64,000 nt of DNA from the IMG/VR virus record IMGVR_UViG_3300035150_000049; one strand, given 5' to 3'. The DNA comes from an uncultured virus (IMG/VR IMGVR_UViG_3300035150_000049) (taxonomy: Duplodnaviria > Heunggongvirae > Uroviricota > Caudoviricetes). This document shows, one piece after another, positions 29,011 through 39,237 of the stretch (position 1 is its first letter; every line of letters starts with the position of its first letter). The position numbers and the translations under genes were made by a program. Under the pieces are notes generated by a model. That model was not told the origin of the DNA and did no database searches. It saw nothing but the letters and a program-made list of their open reading frames with translations.

Positions 29011-31212
29011 TTAAGCGGCAGTGTACCACTTATATGCCGTCAGGCTGCCTCGTGCCTTTTCGGTCGTTTTATCGAGCCTACAATCACAATTGTAGCCCTT
29101 ACAATCAAGCTTGTCTACTCCTGGTAATAACCCTGCGCGCTGCCAAGTTTCCATACGGTGCACCTGGCCATTCAATCCCAAGCATGTCACGCAATGCTGT
29201 TCGGTTGCGCCGAGTTTCCATTTACGCATCCCGGCTTTATCAGCCTGCACGATACCCTGCTGGTGAATTTCACGTAAACTTTTGTTCGCCCACAGCGCCG
29301 CCTTCATGCTCGCTTGCGCCGGCGTCAATTGACCGGGATAAATTTCGTCGCCGAGCTTCTGGATAAATTTCTCCTGGTCTTGCAACCATGCGAACACAAT
29401 ACCGCGGTCTGCTACTGTGGCTTCTGTCAAATCCACGCCGCCCTCGGCCAACCCATCCTCAAATGCCATCTGTCCCCACCGATAAAGTGCCTGGCGCAAC
29501 CGACGCTTAAGTGCGGCGAGCGCACGAACGCCCGTTGTGGGTAATGCGAGGGTACGTGAAAGCGAATCGATGAACTGCGCACGGGTCTGATTCCATTCCT
29601 TAAATCCGGTCGCATATAACGCTTTGTTGATTGCCGTAATCGGGGCGACACCCGCTACGGTATCATCTACCATTTGTTCAGCGCGCGGTCGGCTTAGGCC
29701 AAGCGTAAGCAGCAACTCAACCGCTACGCTTGGAACGCGACTTCCATCTACTACGCCATCCAAAATCCGAACCGCCGCATCAATTTGCGCGTCGTTCAGT
29801 TGATCTTCTGCCGTGATATTCTCCGGGCGCGTTTCCTCGTCTTGAACTGCGGTTCCCACCTGCGAGATTTCGACCACCGGCGCTTCCGCTATCGCTTCCG
29901 ATTCGCTATCCGCTATAACCTGCGCCTCGGTTTTTGGGTCAGCGTCCGCGAGATTTCGAACCGTGCCATCAGAATTGGAGAGGATATCGCGGAACGTATC
30001 ATCTACCGCCACGAGATAACGGCGGATTTCATCCGTGGTAAGCGCACCCGAAACGGTTTGAATTGTCGCGGCATGCTGCGCGGCAATTTGCGCGCGAGTG
30101 AGATCGCTCTGGTCATCTTGGTACGTAATTTTAAATTCGTAGGATTCGGGCAATACCTTCCAGTTAATCGCCCGCGTTAGTTTTGTGCGAAAATCCCCTT
30201 CGGTTTTGCCGCGCGCCTGCGCTGCCAGGATTTCGGTTTGTGTGCCGGTGCCGAGGTTATCGCTCGAAAGCGGTAGAATATCCTGCGGGTCAACGCCGAT
30301 AGCAAGTGCTAGCAGCTTGGCATCCAGTTCAACATAGTTGACCCAATCGAATTTTTCCGGCGCGGTCGAGAACGATACCGGTGTTACCGTCGGTGAAATA
30401 TCCGGGTCAATACCGAACAACATCATCATTTGCCCGAAAACGCCCATGTCATCACTGCCAACTTGATTCATATAGTTGCGCAGTACAACGTTAAATTGCT
30501 CTTTCATCATACCGCTGACAACCATCATGCCCGGCATTGGCTTGTCGTCAACTGACATATTGATATAGCGATCCATGAGGATTTCACGCATCGCCGCCGA
30601 AATCGCGCGACTTAGCGCACACGTGCCCCATCCCGGATGGCGCGCATCACCGTCCAGCATATCCACAATTTGATGGACGCGGGAGTGATGCATAACGTGC
30701 TTACCGCCGTCATCGTCATAATATACAACCGGGTACACCGGGTCACCGGTCGGCCAACAGCGCAGCGGGTCAAGCGCCGCGACACCCGTTACTGCACCCC
30801 ACAACGGCCCATCGGCAGGACCAGGGCCAATAACCTCCATATATGCGCCGGTGTCATACCGCAAAAAATTGAGCTGCATTATCTGAACAAAAGCGTCCCA
30901 ACCCGCACCAAATTGCGCATTGGCGAGAATGTCCTGCCAATACGAAGCGTTGGCGGGACCGGAAACTTCCCACGGCGCGCTCGATTGTTTCTTCGCAAGG
31001 TTAGCGAATGCGCCCTGCACCATCAGATTGCGCGGATGAAAATAATACTCACGGAGTTGGCGCAGGCGGTCGCGATACCCCCACGCCGGCAAGATTTCGC
31101 CGCGTTGAAAAAAACCGATTAGGTCTTTGATCGACCCGGTACCGTCGTGTCCGTCGTCAAAGGACTGGACGCTCTGGACTTTCGCTTCTACTAAACTAAA
31201 TTTTTTACTCAT
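29011..31212 (-). CDS. portal protein fused to a MuF/minor-head-like C-terminal domain
   Basis: Follows TerL; portal-like N-terminal ~420 aa; C-terminal KWKLGATEQHCVTC...NGQVH...CKGYNCDCRL. Confidence 0.75.
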   Translation of the reverse strand: MSKKFSLVEAKVQSVQSFDDGHDGTGSIKDLIGFFQRGEILPAWGYRDRLRQLREYYFHPRNLMVQGAFANLAKKQSSAPWEVSGPANASYWQDILANAQFGAGWDAFVQIMQLNFLRYDTGAYMEVIGPGPADGPLWGAVTGVAALDPLRCWPTGDPVYPVVYYDDDGGKHVMHHSRVHQIVDMLDGDARHPGWGTCALSRAISAAMREILMDRYINMSVDDKPMPGMMVVSGMMKEQFNVVLRNYMNQVGSDDMGVFGQMMMLFGIDPDISPTVTPVSFSTAPEKFDWVNYVELDAKLLALAIGVDPQDILPLSSDNLGTGTQTEILAAQARGKTEGDFRTKLTRAINWKVLPESYEFKITYQDDQSDLTRAQIAAQHAATIQTVSGALTTDEIRRYLVAVDDTFRDILSNSDGTVRNLADADPKTEAQVIADSESEAIAEAPVVEISQVGTAVQDEETRPENITAEDQLNDAQIDAAVRILDGVVDGSRVPSVAVELLLTLGLSRPRAEQMVDDTVAGVAPITAINKALYATGFKEWNQTRAQFIDSLSRTLALPTTGVRALAALKRRLRQALYRWGQMAFEDGLAEGGVDLTEATVADRGIVFAWLQDQEKFIQKLGDEIYPGQLTPAQASMKAALWANKSLREIHQQGIVQADKAGMRKWKLGATEQHCVTCLGLNGQVHRMETWQRAGLLPGVDKLDCKGYNCDCRLDKTTEKARGSLTAYKWYTAA

Positions 31213-32557
31213 GTTCCCTCGCGTACCACACTGCGCGGCTCAGGTATCGAAGCGCATCCGGGCCGTCATCATAGATTTTTAGCGGCGCAGGTTCCCCGGC
31301 AGCACTGGCGCTGCTGCCGGGATTATACGCATAGCTTTGCATTTCGGTAATAAGATTTGGGCAGCCGGGGTGCACCCTTAGTAAACGCCGCCCATGTCCA
31401 TCTCCTACGAGACGACGCACGTTTTTGATGCCGTTGGCGACGTTGTATTTTGCGCTGTCGTTACCGGCGGTGTTCGGTAAGTTCTTCATGGACAACGCCA
31501 ACCTAAACCCCTTCGCGGCCTGATCGACGTAACACAACGCGGGCGGCGGGTAGCCCAGTGCCAGCACCGCATCAATACTCGCATCGTGCGTCTCGCCCGT
31601 TGCATAGTATTCCGCAAAAATGTGCAGGCCGCCCACCGGCGTTACCTGTCCCATCAAAATAGTGCGCGGATGATACGATACCGTACCCGGCCCTTCGCCG
31701 CGCGCATACCCATCATCACAACCCCAATAAATTGCGCCTAGCGCCGGATCATACGCCGCCTGTTCGCCGATGTTGTCGTTGGTGAAGTTTTTGTAAATTG
31801 CGCCCTCGGCCTGCACCCATTTGCCGTCGCGCAGGCGGTCGCGGTCGGTTCCGGTAAGCGCGTCGAGCTTTTCCATATATCGCGCGCCGCGTTCGGTAAG
31901 TGTGCCATCGGCATAATAAAAAGCGGGGTTGTCCTTGTGCCAACTCTGTAAAAATCGCATCTGCTGACTATCTGACCGGCGCTTAATCCAATGCGTCGGA
32001 GGGCCGGGGTTGGCGTCGCAAATCATTTGCTCCATTAGAAGAACGCCGGCGCGGAGGCGCGTCAAGAGCGCGTTGTAGTCCTTCTCGGTAATCTCGGTGG
32101 CTTCGGGAATATAGATCATATCATATCCCGACGACATGATGCGAGATGGTTTGTCTAACCCGCCGGTGACGAGCTGCGAGCCGTTAGGATATTTATAGTG
32201 ACGGCGATAATCGCGCTGCGGTCCGTCGGCGATTTTGTGATCGCTGCCGAGTACATCATCCTCGTAAATTTGCAGCGCCGTCTCGGAAAGCGAAGCGCGC
32301 GTTTTGCGCACAATAAGCGCGCGTGCACCGGCATGGTCGCGCAACGCACGATGCACCTTTGCAAGTAACGCCAAGGTCTTACCGGTTCCAGCGGGGCCGG
32401 CTAAGAGAATTTCCGGAGACGCCGCGTCTTGCAACGCCGCCAAATTTCCGCCGCGAAACTCGTAATCATCCGACCGTACGGAAATCGCAACGCGCCAGGT
32501 GCCGAGGCGTTGACGGAGTAGAATTTCAGCCTGCGCGCGAGTAGAAAGATCGGTCAC
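31205..32557 (-). CDS. terL: terminase large subunit
   Basis: Walker A GPAGTGKT, IYIPEA, DANPGPPTHW, nuclease GCDDG...DDGPDALRY. Confidence 0.92.
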   Translation of the reverse strand: MTDLSTRAQAEILLRQRLGTWRVAISVRSDDYEFRGGNLAALQDAASPEILLAGPAGTGKTLALLAKVHRALRDHAGARALIVRKTRASLSETALQIYEDDVLGSDHKIADGPQRDYRRHYKYPNGSQLVTGGLDKPSRIMSSGYDMIYIPEATEITEKDYNALLTRLRAGVLLMEQMICDANPGPPTHWIKRRSDSQQMRFLQSWHKDNPAFYYADGTLTERGARYMEKLDALTGTDRDRLRDGKWVQAEGAIYKNFTNDNIGEQAAYDPALGAIYWGCDDGYARGEGPGTVSYHPRTILMGQVTPVGGLHIFAEYYATGETHDASIDAVLALGYPPPALCYVDQAAKGFRLALSMKNLPNTAGNDSAKYNVANGIKNVRRLVGDGHGRRLLRVHPGCPNLITEMQSYAYNPGSSASAAGEPAPLKIYDDGPDALRYLSRAVWYAREHE

Positions 32558-32561
32558 GCTA

Positions 32562-33176
32562 TTATCCTGGGTAGGTGTGTAACCCTATAATGACACTGAT
32601 GGTCGCAAGTTCCACCGTCGATTTGCAACGTAGCCATAATTTATCGGTATTGTCAACACGGCGCGCCTGTACCTCTTCGGGCGCACTGCGTAGTGTAGCA
32701 GACGCCTTAAACCACGCTGAACCGATAACAACTTGCGCGCCCGATTCACCCGCGCCGAACTGCACTAAATAAATTGCCGTCGCCGAAGAGGTGGCAGACA
32801 CGCAAAGTAAATGCGGGTCATATTTAGGATTACTAATTTCGTCGCCGTTTGACACTTGCAACCAATCGCCGAACGCTTCGCCGGCCCCCGCCGTAATAAC
32901 CCACGGTGTCAGATTGTTTTCTTCAAAAAAAGTATCACCGGCGGATTGTCCGTAAAAATGACCTACACTATGTATATGATCTTCTATTTCCGCCACGCGA
33001 TACGCCAGGCTATCTTCAACGCCCCATAGTCCGTTGGTCGCTGCACCGTCGATTTTGTTCAATTCTGCGTATTCCGAAGATTGTAAGCCCACCTTTGGGG
33101 ATGGTAACAATTCCTCTCCATGCAACCATCGCTCCCAAAGCCGCTGTACTGCCGCCGAAAAACCTGTTAACCCCAT
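32562..33176 (-). CDS. hypothetical protein between the terminase subunits
   Basis: 204 aa, beta-rich; no recognised motif. Confidence 0.55.
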   Translation of the reverse strand: MGLTGFSAAVQRLWERWLHGEELLPSPKVGLQSSEYAELNKIDGAATNGLWGVEDSLAYRVAEIEDHIHSVGHFYGQSAGDTFFEENNLTPWVITAGAGEAFGDWLQVSNGDEISNPKYDPHLLCVSATSSATAIYLVQFGAGESGAQVVIGSAWFKASATLRSAPEEVQARRVDNTDKLWLRCKSTVELATISVIIGLHTYPG

Positions 33177-33183
33177 GTCATCC

Positions 33184-33828
33184 TCACGTTGCTTTTTTCT
33201 GACCCCTCTGTGCTAGAATCAACGTAATGTCTTCCCCTGCGACGACTCGCGTCAGCTCTTCATTTGTTAGAGAATCGAGGTCGATATTGAGGCTCTTTGC
33301 TTGAACTTGCCTTACACGCCCGCCTGTTTCCGCTGCAATATCATCGAGCGTGGCGCGAATTTCTCTGATAAGGGGTGCATTAAAACGTTCAATTTCAAGC
33401 GCCTCGCCCTGACCGATTGATTTATAATCTTTCAACCAAAGATTATGTAAAACACCCGTAGTAGGGTCAGTTTCAAAAAGCTGCTTTTCAAGTAGTGCGT
33501 AAAGCTCTTTTAACTTTTTGGTACGCTCGTGTTCAAGCGCGAGACCGGAATTCATAATTTCTTCGGCGCGTTTGTTCTTCTGTTCCTCTATACGAACGTC
33601 GTAAGACTCGGCGCGTTCTTGCCATGCGTAGTCGGCAGACCACTTATTAACGGTACCCTTCGCACGTGTTGGAACCGTTATACTTTCTTCTAATTCATTA
33701 TATTTTTCAATAAGACGAAAAAGAGACCGCCCCGGCCCCATCCGTAAATAATCGTTGCAAGCTTGAACGGCCTTGCTACTCTCGCCTTTTTGCCTTGATC
33801 CGGCCAGTAACCGTATTTTCTTTGACAA
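33184..33828 (-). CDS. terS: terminase small subunit
   Basis: GESSKA...YLRMGPGRSL...WS...WQERA.SYD motif; C-terminal DLDSLTNEEL; upstream of TerL. Confidence 0.7.
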   Translation of the reverse strand: MSKKIRLLAGSRQKGESSKAVQACNDYLRMGPGRSLFRLIEKYNELEESITVPTRAKGTVNKWSADYAWQERAESYDVRIEEQKNKRAEEIMNSGLALEHERTKKLKELYALLEKQLFETDPTTGVLHNLWLKDYKSIGQGEALEIERFNAPLIREIRATLDDIAAETGGRVRQVQAKSLNIDLDSLTNEELTRVVAGEDITLILAQRGQKKAT

Positions 33829-34135
33829 CTTGATAATCCTCTGGTTGAATCGTGACCCTTACAATACATTGGCGGTAAAGTATGAGCTTTGCCGCTTCGC
33901 CCATTTCGCTTTCTGGAATGTCGAGTTGTATTCGCATTCCATCGCCATTGCCCGTGATTTTTATGGCGCTTTGAATAGGCGGAAATGACGCGAGAAACGA
34001 GACAGGCTTACTCATACACTCCCGCCTTGCAGCACCGCGCCGATAAAGCACCGCGCCTCAAATGCAAAAAACGCCAGCCAGGACCACATGCGCTTCATCG
34101 ATATCACCGCCCCGTGTAGCAGTCCACATCAATCA

Positions 34136-34234
34136 TCAGTTATCCGTCCAGAACTTATATAGTGCCACGCCAGCAACGCCACCGGCAATAAACACAAAAA
34201 CGAACATGACGGCGAGAACAATAAAAATCTCCAT
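34136..34234 (-). CDS. 32-aa hydrophobic peptide
   Basis: Manual translation MEIFIVLAVMFVFVFIAGGVAGVALYKFWTDN, preceded by AAGGA. Confidence 0.5.
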   Translation of the reverse strand: MEIFIVLAVMFVFVFIAGGVAGVALYKFWTDN

Positions 34235-34282
34235 CGATCATCCTTAAAATAGCTATCAAATTCATTATAAAGCAAGAGAGAT

Positions 34283-34319
34283 AAAAAAGTCAAAGGGGCA
34301 CTACCGATTGAGCGCCCCT
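34283..34319 (-). terminator. hairpin and U-rich tract shortly downstream of a sigma70-type promoter
   Basis: Minus strand: AGGGGCGCT CAATCGGT AGTGCCCCT TTGACTTTTTT. Confidence 0.55.
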
Positions 34320-34369
34320 CGTAAGGAGAAAAGAAGAAACTTCGCACGTCCAAGAAAGCATCTAACATC

Positions 34370-34399
34370 ATTGTATCATGGCGGCGTAGCGCGTGTCAA
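34370..34399 (-). promoter_or_regulatory. sigma70-type promoter upstream of the packaging/late genes
   Basis: TTGACA-18 nt-TACAAT with extended TG. Confidence 0.65.
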
Positions 34400-34420
34400 T
34401 CACCCCCGCGCTTGTAAAAT

Positions 34421-36958
34421 TCACGTACCCTCAAACATTGTCCCTTCCCAACCCCCTCCCGCGCCGGCCTTCTTACCTCTTCGCCACGCTTGCCACGCAT
34501 TGAAGGCCGTCCGCTCCTTTGCAAGTTCGACGTACTCCGGGCTGATCTCGGTTGTGATCCCGCGCCGGCCCAAGGCGTTAGCCACAAGCGCCGTAACACC
34601 CGTGCCGCCGAAGATGTCTAAGACGGTTGCGGGGACGGGCGTATGATCCGGACAGTTGCATGTGGGACTAAAGTCTATAGATGGTTTATCGACTCGCACC
34701 TTTCGCTGTTTGTAAGGCGCATTAACAAAACAGTCCTTTTCTCCTGCTTGCTGCTTAAAACCTGCCTGATTACCTGTCGTTATATACTCTGGATTTTGTA
34801 CAAATGTTTCGCGGTTCACAGGAAGGTCAAGCGCCGCCGACAATTTACTCCATGATGTCTCGCTTGGTATGTGGCCGCCGCTTTCCCAATCCCAAATGTT
34901 GTTGCTCCCTACGCCAACTAAATCAGCTAATTCAGCAATGTTGAAGCCACGCTCTTCTCGAATAGACTTTAGCACATTTCCCAAAACACTATGAGGTAAT
35001 GTGCCGACTCTCTGCCACTGCGCCCCGCACACACTACACACCCCACGCTCACTCGTCGCGGCCTTAATGAACGGTTCCACCAACGCCGGCGGAAAAGTGG
35101 CATAGTGTGCTCCCGGATACGCGCGTGGGTTGACTTGCAGCGCCATCGGGAGATTGTTATCATCATGCGGCAGGTCGCTATCCCGCAGCGCTTCCAGGCG
35201 GTCGATCTCGTATCGATGGCAGTGAATGGCAGCATCTATTGACTCGTTCCAGGCGTCGGTCGTGCGACGGTTGCGTCCGGCGGGGTTATAGTTGCGTCCA
35301 TGCTTTCTTACGTAGTCACCAAAACCGTCTTTTTTTCTGCTGGCAGAAGCCGTAAAAGTATTCCCACTACCCTTCTTGTGCCCTTCGCTTGCACCCGTGC
35401 TCCTCCACGGTTCCTTATGCCCCACTCGCACCGCGTCCGCGTCGTAAAAATACCGCGCTGACTTCGTAAGCATGATAATATACTCGTGGGCTGTAGAGGG
35501 GCGGTCTTGAACGCTTTCGGGCATGGCGTTGCTATTGTGTGTTAACACACCAGATGCAAGCGCAAACAAGTGCGGCTCATCCTCTACGGCAATATCCCAA
35601 AACTTGCGTGCCCTGCTCGTTTCAATCTTTACGATCTCGGTATCCGGCTTCCGTTGAAACGCGGTCGGCCTGTTGTTTTTAACCGGAGGGTTAAAGCGAA
35701 TTTGCCCGCGCCAAACTTTAACGCGCTCGCCATTATATGGAGCCGTCCCACGCTTTAGTCTAAATGATATACCAAGCCTTGCACAAAGCGTTCTTAGATC
35801 GTTTGCAAGATTGTCATTTTTAGTAAAACAAAGCCGCCATCGATCGTTCTTTTTATCATAGTGTCCATCTCCCTCAAGATAGCCCATAAGTAAGTTTTGT
35901 AAAAATTGGTCACTGCGCGCCCAGCACTTTGCAGATAGGTGTTTGTCCCTTGCAACCGAGCCGTTTATGTAGGTATCAACAATACCCCTCACGACCTTGC
36001 TATATATACTATATGTAACTCCGCCCTCGCTTGTTTGATGAGACGCACAGTTCGCATCATAGCAGTTTGCGAAACGGCTCAGCTTTTCAAAAAAGTCTAC
36101 CTTTTTGATGTTACAGGCAAGGGAGATTGAGTCTTTATATTTGTTACCCTCAGCAAGGTAAAGTCCCAAAATCCAAGCAAAATCATCGGGTATATGAGAA
36201 GGCGACGAAGTGTCTTTTGGTTCGGGCAGTCGGACAAAATCAACAACATCACCGAGGCGTAAATCCTTCGCCTCTACCAGTCCGCGTTGTGTCGGCCACT
36301 GATGCGTTGGGGTTGATCCGATTCTTTCGCCGCTTCGTAGGTGTATTTCTATATTATTTTTGCCGCGCGGTGTTTCTTGCCAACCTAAAACTTGCGTCCA
36401 TTTTTCCCCATTCCATAGTTTTACTGTAGATGGATCAAGGCGAACCAAGTCCTTAATCGTAGTTGGCATTTCCCCCTTTTGTGTCTTAGCATAAACGCGC
36501 GTTCCGCCAGATAAGCATTTCAACCACGGGAAAAACGAGCGTACCCACCAGCCGTCCTGTTGCAGGGCTATGGCGAGGCGCTGGGGGATAAGTAGTAAGT
36601 TTTTGGCCGGCAGGCTGCGCTTGTCGCTGCCACTTAGGTGTGGATCGCCACCATCAAGTTTCGACCCGCCGCCGCGGCCATTGCCGGGATTGCCGGCATA
36701 ACTATCCCCCATATTCACGAACGCTACCCCATCGCCCCTCAATACCCGCTTCACTTCCCGAAACACGCCCACCATATGTTCGATGAACAATTCCGGTGTC
36801 GGCTCTAAGCCAAGCTGCCCGCGCCATGCCCCGTAGGGCACATCAGGGGCGTTGTAGCGACGTAAAGCGTAGTAAGGTGGTGAGGTAACCACGCAATGCA
36901 CCGAATCTGCCTTAAGCGGCAAGCGCCCGGCGTTGGCCTGTAAAATATTGAGGTTCAT
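34421..36958 (-). CDS. N4-C/N6-A DNA methyltransferase containing an intein and an XRE-HTH insertion
   Basis: VVTSPPYY, NMGDSY, HYATFP, VLDIFGGTGVT. Confidence 0.9.
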   Translation of the reverse strand: MNLNILQANAGRLPLKADSVHCVVTSPPYYALRRYNAPDVPYGAWRGQLGLEPTPELFIEHMVGVFREVKRVLRGDGVAFVNMGDSYAGNPGNGRGGGSKLDGGDPHLSGSDKRSLPAKNLLLIPQRLAIALQQDGWWVRSFFPWLKCLSGGTRVYAKTQKGEMPTTIKDLVRLDPSTVKLWNGEKWTQVLGWQETPRGKNNIEIHLRSGERIGSTPTHQWPTQRGLVEAKDLRLGDVVDFVRLPEPKDTSSPSHIPDDFAWILGLYLAEGNKYKDSISLACNIKKVDFFEKLSRFANCYDANCASHQTSEGGVTYSIYSKVVRGIVDTYINGSVARDKHLSAKCWARSDQFLQNLLMGYLEGDGHYDKKNDRWRLCFTKNDNLANDLRTLCARLGISFRLKRGTAPYNGERVKVWRGQIRFNPPVKNNRPTAFQRKPDTEIVKIETSRARKFWDIAVEDEPHLFALASGVLTHNSNAMPESVQDRPSTAHEYIIMLTKSARYFYDADAVRVGHKEPWRSTGASEGHKKGSGNTFTASASRKKDGFGDYVRKHGRNYNPAGRNRRTTDAWNESIDAAIHCHRYEIDRLEALRDSDLPHDDNNLPMALQVNPRAYPGAHYATFPPALVEPFIKAATSERGVCSVCGAQWQRVGTLPHSVLGNVLKSIREERGFNIAELADLVGVGSNNIWDWESGGHIPSETSWSKLSAALDLPVNRETFVQNPEYITTGNQAGFKQQAGEKDCFVNAPYKQRKVRVDKPSIDFSPTCNCPDHTPVPATVLDIFGGTGVTALVANALGRRGITTEISPEYVELAKERTAFNAWQAWRRGKKAGAGGGWEGTMFEGT
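35534..36517 (-). mobile_element. intein with LAGLIDADG homing endonuclease (328 aa)
   Basis: Junctions WLK|CLSGGT and GVLTHN|S; block B TPTHQW; LGLYLAEG and LMGYLEGDG. Confidence 0.92.
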
Positions 36959-37404
36959 TCTTCCTCCCTCTCGTCACACGGATACCCGCGCTCGAAAATC
37001 GAGTTGAGCACAAACCAAAGGACAATGACACCGACTATGACACCAGCTATGATTATTTGCATTGCTCGCTCCCCCTCATTTTTTTCTCTTGCTCAACTTC
37101 CGCCTTATCGTACCAGTCCAGTGCTTCCCCGCACACCGGACACACGTCGGTGCAATCGTCGATGCGCCACGCCCAGCGTTCGATCGGGTTATCCCACCAG
37201 TGCGCATCGCACCAGTCACATACGCCATAAAAAGCGCGCATGTTTTGAAGACCGCCGAAAAGTGAACGCTGCGATGCGCCGCCGTGGGCCTGACTCAACA
37301 TCGGCGCGCGTTGTGGTGGTTGGCTAAGCATTGGTTCACAGTTAGTTTTGCTCATTGTCTCTCTCTTGTATTATATGTTTTTTTGAGGGTGATGAGGTCG
37401 GTCA

Positions 37405-37914
37405 TTATTTCACCAACTCAAAATCAAATACCCAAACCTGCGGGTTATCTTCCCAGCGCGCGCCGGGCCTGTGGTGCATGTCCCAAGACTCAATAAAACA
37501 ATCTAGTGCGCTCCATGACGTTTGATCTACACACCCGTCAGCATCAACGCTGATACTTTCAAAAGATTCGAACCCTTCCGCTTTTAGCCCGACCCTATCA
37601 ATATCTTGCAGCCGCTCTAGGCGAATGCCCACCAGCTTAATACGCACCTCGCGATAACCAAGGCCCGCCCGGTGTTCTTTCGCTTCTTTTGAGCTTACAT
37701 CAAAGTCCAAAATATCTAACCCCCGATGAAACCATATCGCCGGCTTACTCATTTTTGGCTGTACGGCATAGGTGCGTCCGATTTGCCACTTAAGGCGACC
37801 GCTCGCCAGCACACCATTAGATAAATGGCTGCGTACTTCGCCCGGTTTTACTACCCGCCGCGTTTGCGTCTTGCGACCAGCTAAAACGCCCTGCCATGTA
37901 TGCTGAAAAATCAT
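37405..37914 (-). CDS. ASCH/PUA-like domain protein
   Basis: GRKTQTRR, ERLQDI...AEG, W...NPQVWVFDF. Confidence 0.75.
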   Translation of the reverse strand: MIFQHTWQGVLAGRKTQTRRVVKPGEVRSHLSNGVLASGRLKWQIGRTYAVQPKMSKPAIWFHRGLDILDFDVSSKEAKEHRAGLGYREVRIKLVGIRLERLQDIDRVGLKAEGFESFESISVDADGCVDQTSWSALDCFIESWDMHHRPGARWEDNPQVWVFDFELVK

Positions 37915-38283
37915 TGCTCTTTTTTCCTTTATCCAAATATTTCCATTAGCTGGCTAACCCGCGTCTTATCCCACTCCCAAAAGTCCTTCAAGTTAAGAGC
38001 GATGCCCTTTTTGAATTTTGGCGACTTCAGCTTAGCGCGCTCGTTTTTTAACGTTTCGATTTCGTCTTCAATCCGATAAATTTCATCCCCGTGATGGTCG
38101 AGATCGCCCTCCAGCTCACTAATCTCATCATCAATCGCGACGACTTCAGACGCTATATCTTCAGCGCTTTTGCCGTGTAGTTCAGGAGGGGATTGCCAGC
38201 AGTGCCAGCACTGTGGACGCCATAGATTACCGTATTGATCTCGGAGTTCACTAATGTCTTTCCCGCACGTAGCGCAATTCATT

Positions 38284-39237
38284 TCATTTTTCTCCTTGCG
38301 TATACACCCATCTAATCGCCTTGCTCGCTTCCTGCTCCGGCAGGCCGCATGCAAGCGCCGCCTGCCCCGCTTCCTCCCAACATTCTTGAAAGCCAAAACC
38401 CTTCTCTTTCATCTGAAACGCCGCATGAATAAGCGTCCGATGTCGCTGGCCCTCTGGTGCGCCATCGCTTAAAAAACGTTCGGCTAAGTTCGTCATGCGC
38501 GGGCGCTCACCGTCTCGCCTGACACGCGCCGGCTGCTTGAACTGTGGGCGTGGCGGGTTGGCGATCGCAATATAGCCCCAAAATTGCGTAATATCATAAA
38601 GCTCACCTTCCTCGTATTCAATCTTTGCGATATACCCATCCCTATCCGGTTTCATATTCGCGAACCCCGGCAAGCGCATGATACGCGCCACATCTGCCAC
38701 TGCGCCATCGCCATCCAGTACCTTTGCAAGCCCCGCCAACATAAACTCGAAATTTTTACGATCCTGTTCATCTTCGATAACGAAGGGGCGGCGCAGCACC
38801 CACCACGCTTGTACACCACCGCCCGTCGATACGATCATAGTCGGCGGCAACGTGAATCGATTGAGTTTCTCTATTGCCCAGCCGACGCGATCGCCACCGC
38901 AGTCTAAATCAAGCCACAGCGCCGGGAGCGTGGCGATACTTGATTTTTTTGCACGCGCTCCCTTCGGCGCGCGTTCGTGCCGTGCGCCAACCCCAAAGTA
39001 AACGCCATACCCCTCAACATTACGCACCTGGGCACGCGCAAGCGCACCGGGAAGCTTTTCGTTTATATCACGCATTGGCAGCCACCCGGTAAGCACGCGG
39101 CGTTTTTTACCGCCTTCCCATTCGGGTGGCTCCTCTTTATACCTATCATCAAGAAGCGTAAGTTCAAGATAGTAGTCTGGCCGACTGCTTATTGTGTCGG
39201 CGAACAAACTGATTAAAAACCGCGCTGTATCATCCAC
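38284..39237 (-). CDS. RepB-type DNA primase (AEP/prim-pol) with PriCT-like C-terminus
   Basis: LWLDLD, PTMIVSTGGGVQAWW, DVARIMRLPGFANMK, EGQRHRTL. Confidence 0.8.
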   Translation of the reverse strand: MDDTARFLISLFADTISSRPDYYLELTLLDDRYKEEPPEWEGGKKRRVLTGWLPMRDINEKLPGALARAQVRNVEGYGVYFGVGARHERAPKGARAKKSSIATLPALWLDLDCGGDRVGWAIEKLNRFTLPPTMIVSTGGGVQAWWVLRRPFVIEDEQDRKNFEFMLAGLAKVLDGDGAVADVARIMRLPGFANMKPDRDGYIAKIEYEEGELYDITQFWGYIAIANPPRPQFKQPARVRRDGERPRMTNLAERFLSDGAPEGQRHRTLIHAAFQMKEKGFGFQECWEEAGQAALACGLPEQEASKAIRWVYTQGEK

